A stretch of DNA of 35,049 bases from positions 3,539,705-3,574,753 of the forward strand of contig NC_068981.1 of the NCBI RefSeq assembly GCF_001194135.2. Reading direction: 5' to 3'. A program made the translations under genes and the position numbers. This document shows, piece after piece, positions 32,020 to 35,049 of this stretch. Numbering within the stretch: position 1 is the first letter of the stretch; each line of letters begins with the position of its first letter. The notes beneath the pieces are model-generated. The model did no database searches. It was not told the DNA's origin and saw only the letters and a program-made list of their open reading frames with translations. The stretch is from Octopus bimaculoides (lineage: Eukaryota).

Positions 32020-32220
32020 TCTCCCACCACAGTTTGACAACTGGTGTTGATGTGTTTACATCCTCATAACTTAGTGGTTCAACAAAACAGATCGATAGAA
32101 TAAGTACCAGGCTGAAAAATAATAAAATAAGCACCAGGGCTGATTCAATCAACTAAAAATTTTTCAAAGCAATGCTCCAGCATGGCCGCAGTCTAGTGAC
32201 TCACAAGTAGAAGATAATAG
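31826..32220 (+). mobile_element. Family A SINE, full length
   Basis: gtgtggtaagaagcttgcttctcaaccacatgactccaggttcagtcccactgcatggcacc...gcaatgctccagcatggccgcagtc. Confidence 0.92.
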
Positions 32221-32294
32221 ACGTCCCCATCACCAGTAAGTACAATGGTAGTGTCTTCCAGATCAATCATTTATATCTAATCATATCCTTCCTG

Positions 32295-32692
32295 TTTTTT
32301 TTGTTTGCTTCAGTCATTTGACTGCGGCCTTGCTGGAGCACCGCTTTTAGTCAAACAAATCACTTTATTCTTTGGACTTATTCTTTGTAAGTCCAGTACT
32401 TATTCTATCATTCTCTTTTGCCAAAACACTAGGGGACATAAACACACCGACATCGGTTATCAAGCAATGGTAGTGGTGTGAGGGGGACAAACATAGACAC
32501 ACACAAACATATACATACATATATATATATATATGCGAGAGGCTTCTTTTAGTTTCTGTCTACCAAATCCACTTATAAGGCTTTCGTTGGCCTGAGGCTA
32601 CAGTAGAAGACACTTGCCCAAGGTGCCATGCAGTGGGACTGAACCCAGAACCATGTGGTTGGTAAGCAAGCTACTTACCACACAGCCACTCC
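32295..32692 (-). mobile_element. Family A SINE, full length, inverted relative to 31826-32220
   Basis: gactgcggccttgctggagcacc...gtgggactgaacccagaaccatgtggttggtaagcaagctacttaccacacagccactcc. Confidence 0.92.
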
Positions 32693-33269
32693 TTTTAATC
32701 CTATTTAATCATTTTTATTTAATCATTGTATCCTTTGTATCAATATTGATACAATAAGATCAATATGAATGATATTGGTTCTTCAAATATTTTCAGTTCA
32801 TAACAAAATGTTTATTTGACATTTGTTAGGCTTTTTTTTATATTTTTATTCTTTCAAAGAATTTTTGTAAAATGTCACTTGTCAAAATGACAAAATAAAC
32901 AAATAAATATAAATAAAAAATTAAAGAAATAAACATGGAAGTGGTTCAATGAATATGCTAGCTTTTGTTTTAAATGTGTAACAGAACAAAATGGAGTTGA
33001 GAGGATATCAATTCATGATTTATGATTTCATAAAAGGCAAGGACAATGTGGAGTCATCTGAACTGTGAGAACATCCTGGAAGCTCTGAAGAAGTCCTGCT
33101 GGTTTCTTGATCGATACTTCCAAATTGGAAAATATTTTGTTATATTCAGAACAGAGCCCTTTCCTTATATGGCTTTGCTTCTCTTACAAGGAAACCTGTA
33201 CGACGAAAGAGTCACTTTCTAATTTTAACGAAGTAATGGAGGGACTTTTAAAATATAGAGAAAACCCTT

Positions 33270-34270
33270 ATCACCATCATCCTTTAATGTCCGTTTTCCA
33301 TGGGTTGGACAGCAGACATTTAATGGACAGCAGACATTTAATGGACAGCAGACATTTAATGGACAGCAGACATTTAATGGACAGCAGACATTTAATGGAT
33401 AGTAGACATTTAATGTCCATTTTCCATGGGCAGGACAGCAGACATTTAATGGATAGTAGACATTTAATGTCCATTTTCCATGGGTNNNNNNNNNNNNNNN
33501 NNNNNNNNNNNNNNNNNNNNNNNNNNNNNNNNNNNNNNNNNNNNNNNNNNNNNNNNNNNNNNNNNNNNNNNNNNNNNNNNNNNNNNNNNNNNNNNNNNNN
33601 NNNNNNNNNNNNNNNNNNNNNNNNNNNNNNNNNNNNNNNNNNNNNNNNNNNNNNNNNNNNNNNNNNNNNNNNNNNNNNNNNNNNNNNNNNNNNNNNNNNN
33701 NNNNNNNNNNNNNNNNNNNNNNNNNNNNNNNNNNNNNNNNNNNNNNNNNNNNNNNNNNNNNNNNNNNNNNNNNNNNNNNNNNNNNNNNNNNNNNNNNNNN
33801 NNNNNNNNNNNNNNNNNNNNNNNNNNNNNNNNNNNNNNNNNNNNNNNNNNNNNNNATTTTCCATGGGCAGGACAGCAGACATTTAATGGATAGTAGACAT
33901 TTAATGTCCATTTTCCATGGGCAGGACAGCAGACATTTAATGGATAGTAGACATTTAATGTCCATTTTCCATGGGCAGGACAGCAGACATTTAATGGATA
34001 GTAGACATTTAATGGATAGTAGACATTTAATGTCCATTTTCCATGGGCAGGACAGCAGACATTTAATGGATAGTAGACATTTAATGTCCATTTTCCATGG
34101 GTTGGACAGTAGACAGTAGCTGGCAAGGCCAGGAGCTACGCCAGGTTCCATAGTCTGTTTTGGCTTGGATCCTACAGCTAGATGCCCTTCCTAATGCCAA
34201 TCACTTTTGAAAGTGTACCAAATGCTATTTACATGACACCATCACCAGTGCTTTTTATGTGGCACCATAA
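33270..34270 (-). mobile_element. Short RTE-derived element hosting a minisatellite
   Basis: The tail catcatcctttaatgtccgttttccatgggttggacag precedes the array; the element resumes with ...ctacagctagatgcccttcctaatgccaatcac after it. Confidence 0.8.
33289..34103. repeat. Minisatellite of three 18-bp unit types (A, A', B) with a 54-bp higher-order repeat; spans an N-gap
   Basis: A=ggacagcagacatttaat, A'=ggatagtagacatttaat, B=gtccattttccatgggca. Confidence 0.95.
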
Positions 34271-34374
34271 TTTATGGATATCAAATCTATTGTAGTGGAT
34301 AGGTCTTCTTAAGTACAGAAATGTGCTGTATGTCTCAAACAGACATGTTATTATCAGCCTGAGATAATTTGTAT

Positions 34375-34555
34375 ATTTGTAAAGAAATTATCAATTTAGG
34401 GTTGCCATATTGAAAGTGAAGACTTAGCCAAATTTTGAATCCTTCATAATTATCTCAGTGGTTATGGTAAAATATTGCCTGTGGAAATACTTGAAGAAAT
34501 TAAGAATAATTTGAAAGTCTTAAGTACCAGTTTTGAGAGTTAATTCTTCTCTTAA
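34375..34555 (+). mobile_element. Possible hAT transposase fossil fragment
   Basis: KKLSI*GCHIESEDLAKF, then after a frameshift HNYLSGYGKILPVEILEEIKNNLKVLSTSFES*F; this echoes the Buster/Charlie C-terminal region. Confidence 0.4.
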
Positions 34556-34732
34556 CGGATCCAAGCTTGCCAACAAAGGTCAGATTTCCTCCTGTGTAAA
34601 TAAATTAATCTTCTGATATTAATTCTTAGTTTCATGAAATTCTCTTTTCTTTTTGCATTCTTCATCTTTAACTTATTGATCTTATCATGGGAACAGATCT
34701 AGAAGCATTTCTAGTTATAAAAAAATATATAT

Positions 34733-35049
34733 ATGAGACAGTTGCAGGAGAAATACCTAGCTAAGGATAAACCTCTGTACCTGGCTTTCGTTGACATGGA
34801 GAAAGTCTTTGACAGGGTCCCCCGATCCCTTATCTGGTGGTCAATGAGGAAACTTGGGATAGAAGAATGGTTAGTGAGAGCTGTGCGAGCCATGTACAGA
34901 GATGCTGCCAGTAAGGTGAGGGTTGGAAATGAGTACAGCAATGAATTCCGGGTAGAGGTAGGGGTCCACCAAGGTTCCGTCCTCAGCCCCCTCTTATTTA
35001 TCATAGTCCTCCAGGCAATCACAGAGGAGTTCAAGACAGGTTGCCCCTG
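34733..35049 (+). mobile_element. RTE reverse transcriptase, frame open to the window end
   Basis: MRQLQEKYLAKDKPLYLAFVDMEKVFDRVPRSLIWWSMRKLGIEEWLVRAVRAMYRDAASKVRVGNEYSNEFRVEVGVHQGSVLSPLLFIIVLQAITEEFKTGCP, with no stop in 105 codons. Confidence 0.97.

Noticed and set aside
32985-33240. Mariner-like N-terminus echo (atggagttgagagga...tatgatttc)
   Set aside because: Too decayed; no TIRs or catalytic motif could be confirmed.
33107-34151. Long ORFs of MDSRHL, IKCLLS or PLNVCC repeats (up to 308 aa)
   Set aside because: All repeat units are 18 bp, so frames stay open trivially, and the ORFs run through a 370-N gap.

Overview
AT-rich, repeat-saturated eukaryotic scaffold with six N-gaps; no host protein-coding exon could be supported, so it reads as intronic or intergenic DNA. 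The SINE families and microsatellite style suggest an octopus/cephalopod genome (inference from recognition, not a search). Contents: a near full-length decayed CR1/L2 LINE (minus strand) split right after its YADD motif by a 420-bp solo-LTR-like insert with a 4-bp TSD; RTE, R4/Dong and further CR1 fragments; about 20 tRNA-derived SINEs in three modular families; short RTE-derived elements; mariner/Tc1/pogo MITEs; hAT transposase fossils; and a tandem long-TIR foldback element. The most unusual signal is three different minimal type-I hammerhead-ribozyme motifs of the Penelope-associated dimer type. One of them is the tail of a tRNA-headed SINE-like element. Each copy here carries damaging substitutions, so activity is not claimed. 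Nearly all ORFs in the supplied track are artefacts of microsatellites, N-gaps or fossil transposons. All alignments were done by eye; boundaries are approximate unless a TSD or TIR is quoted.
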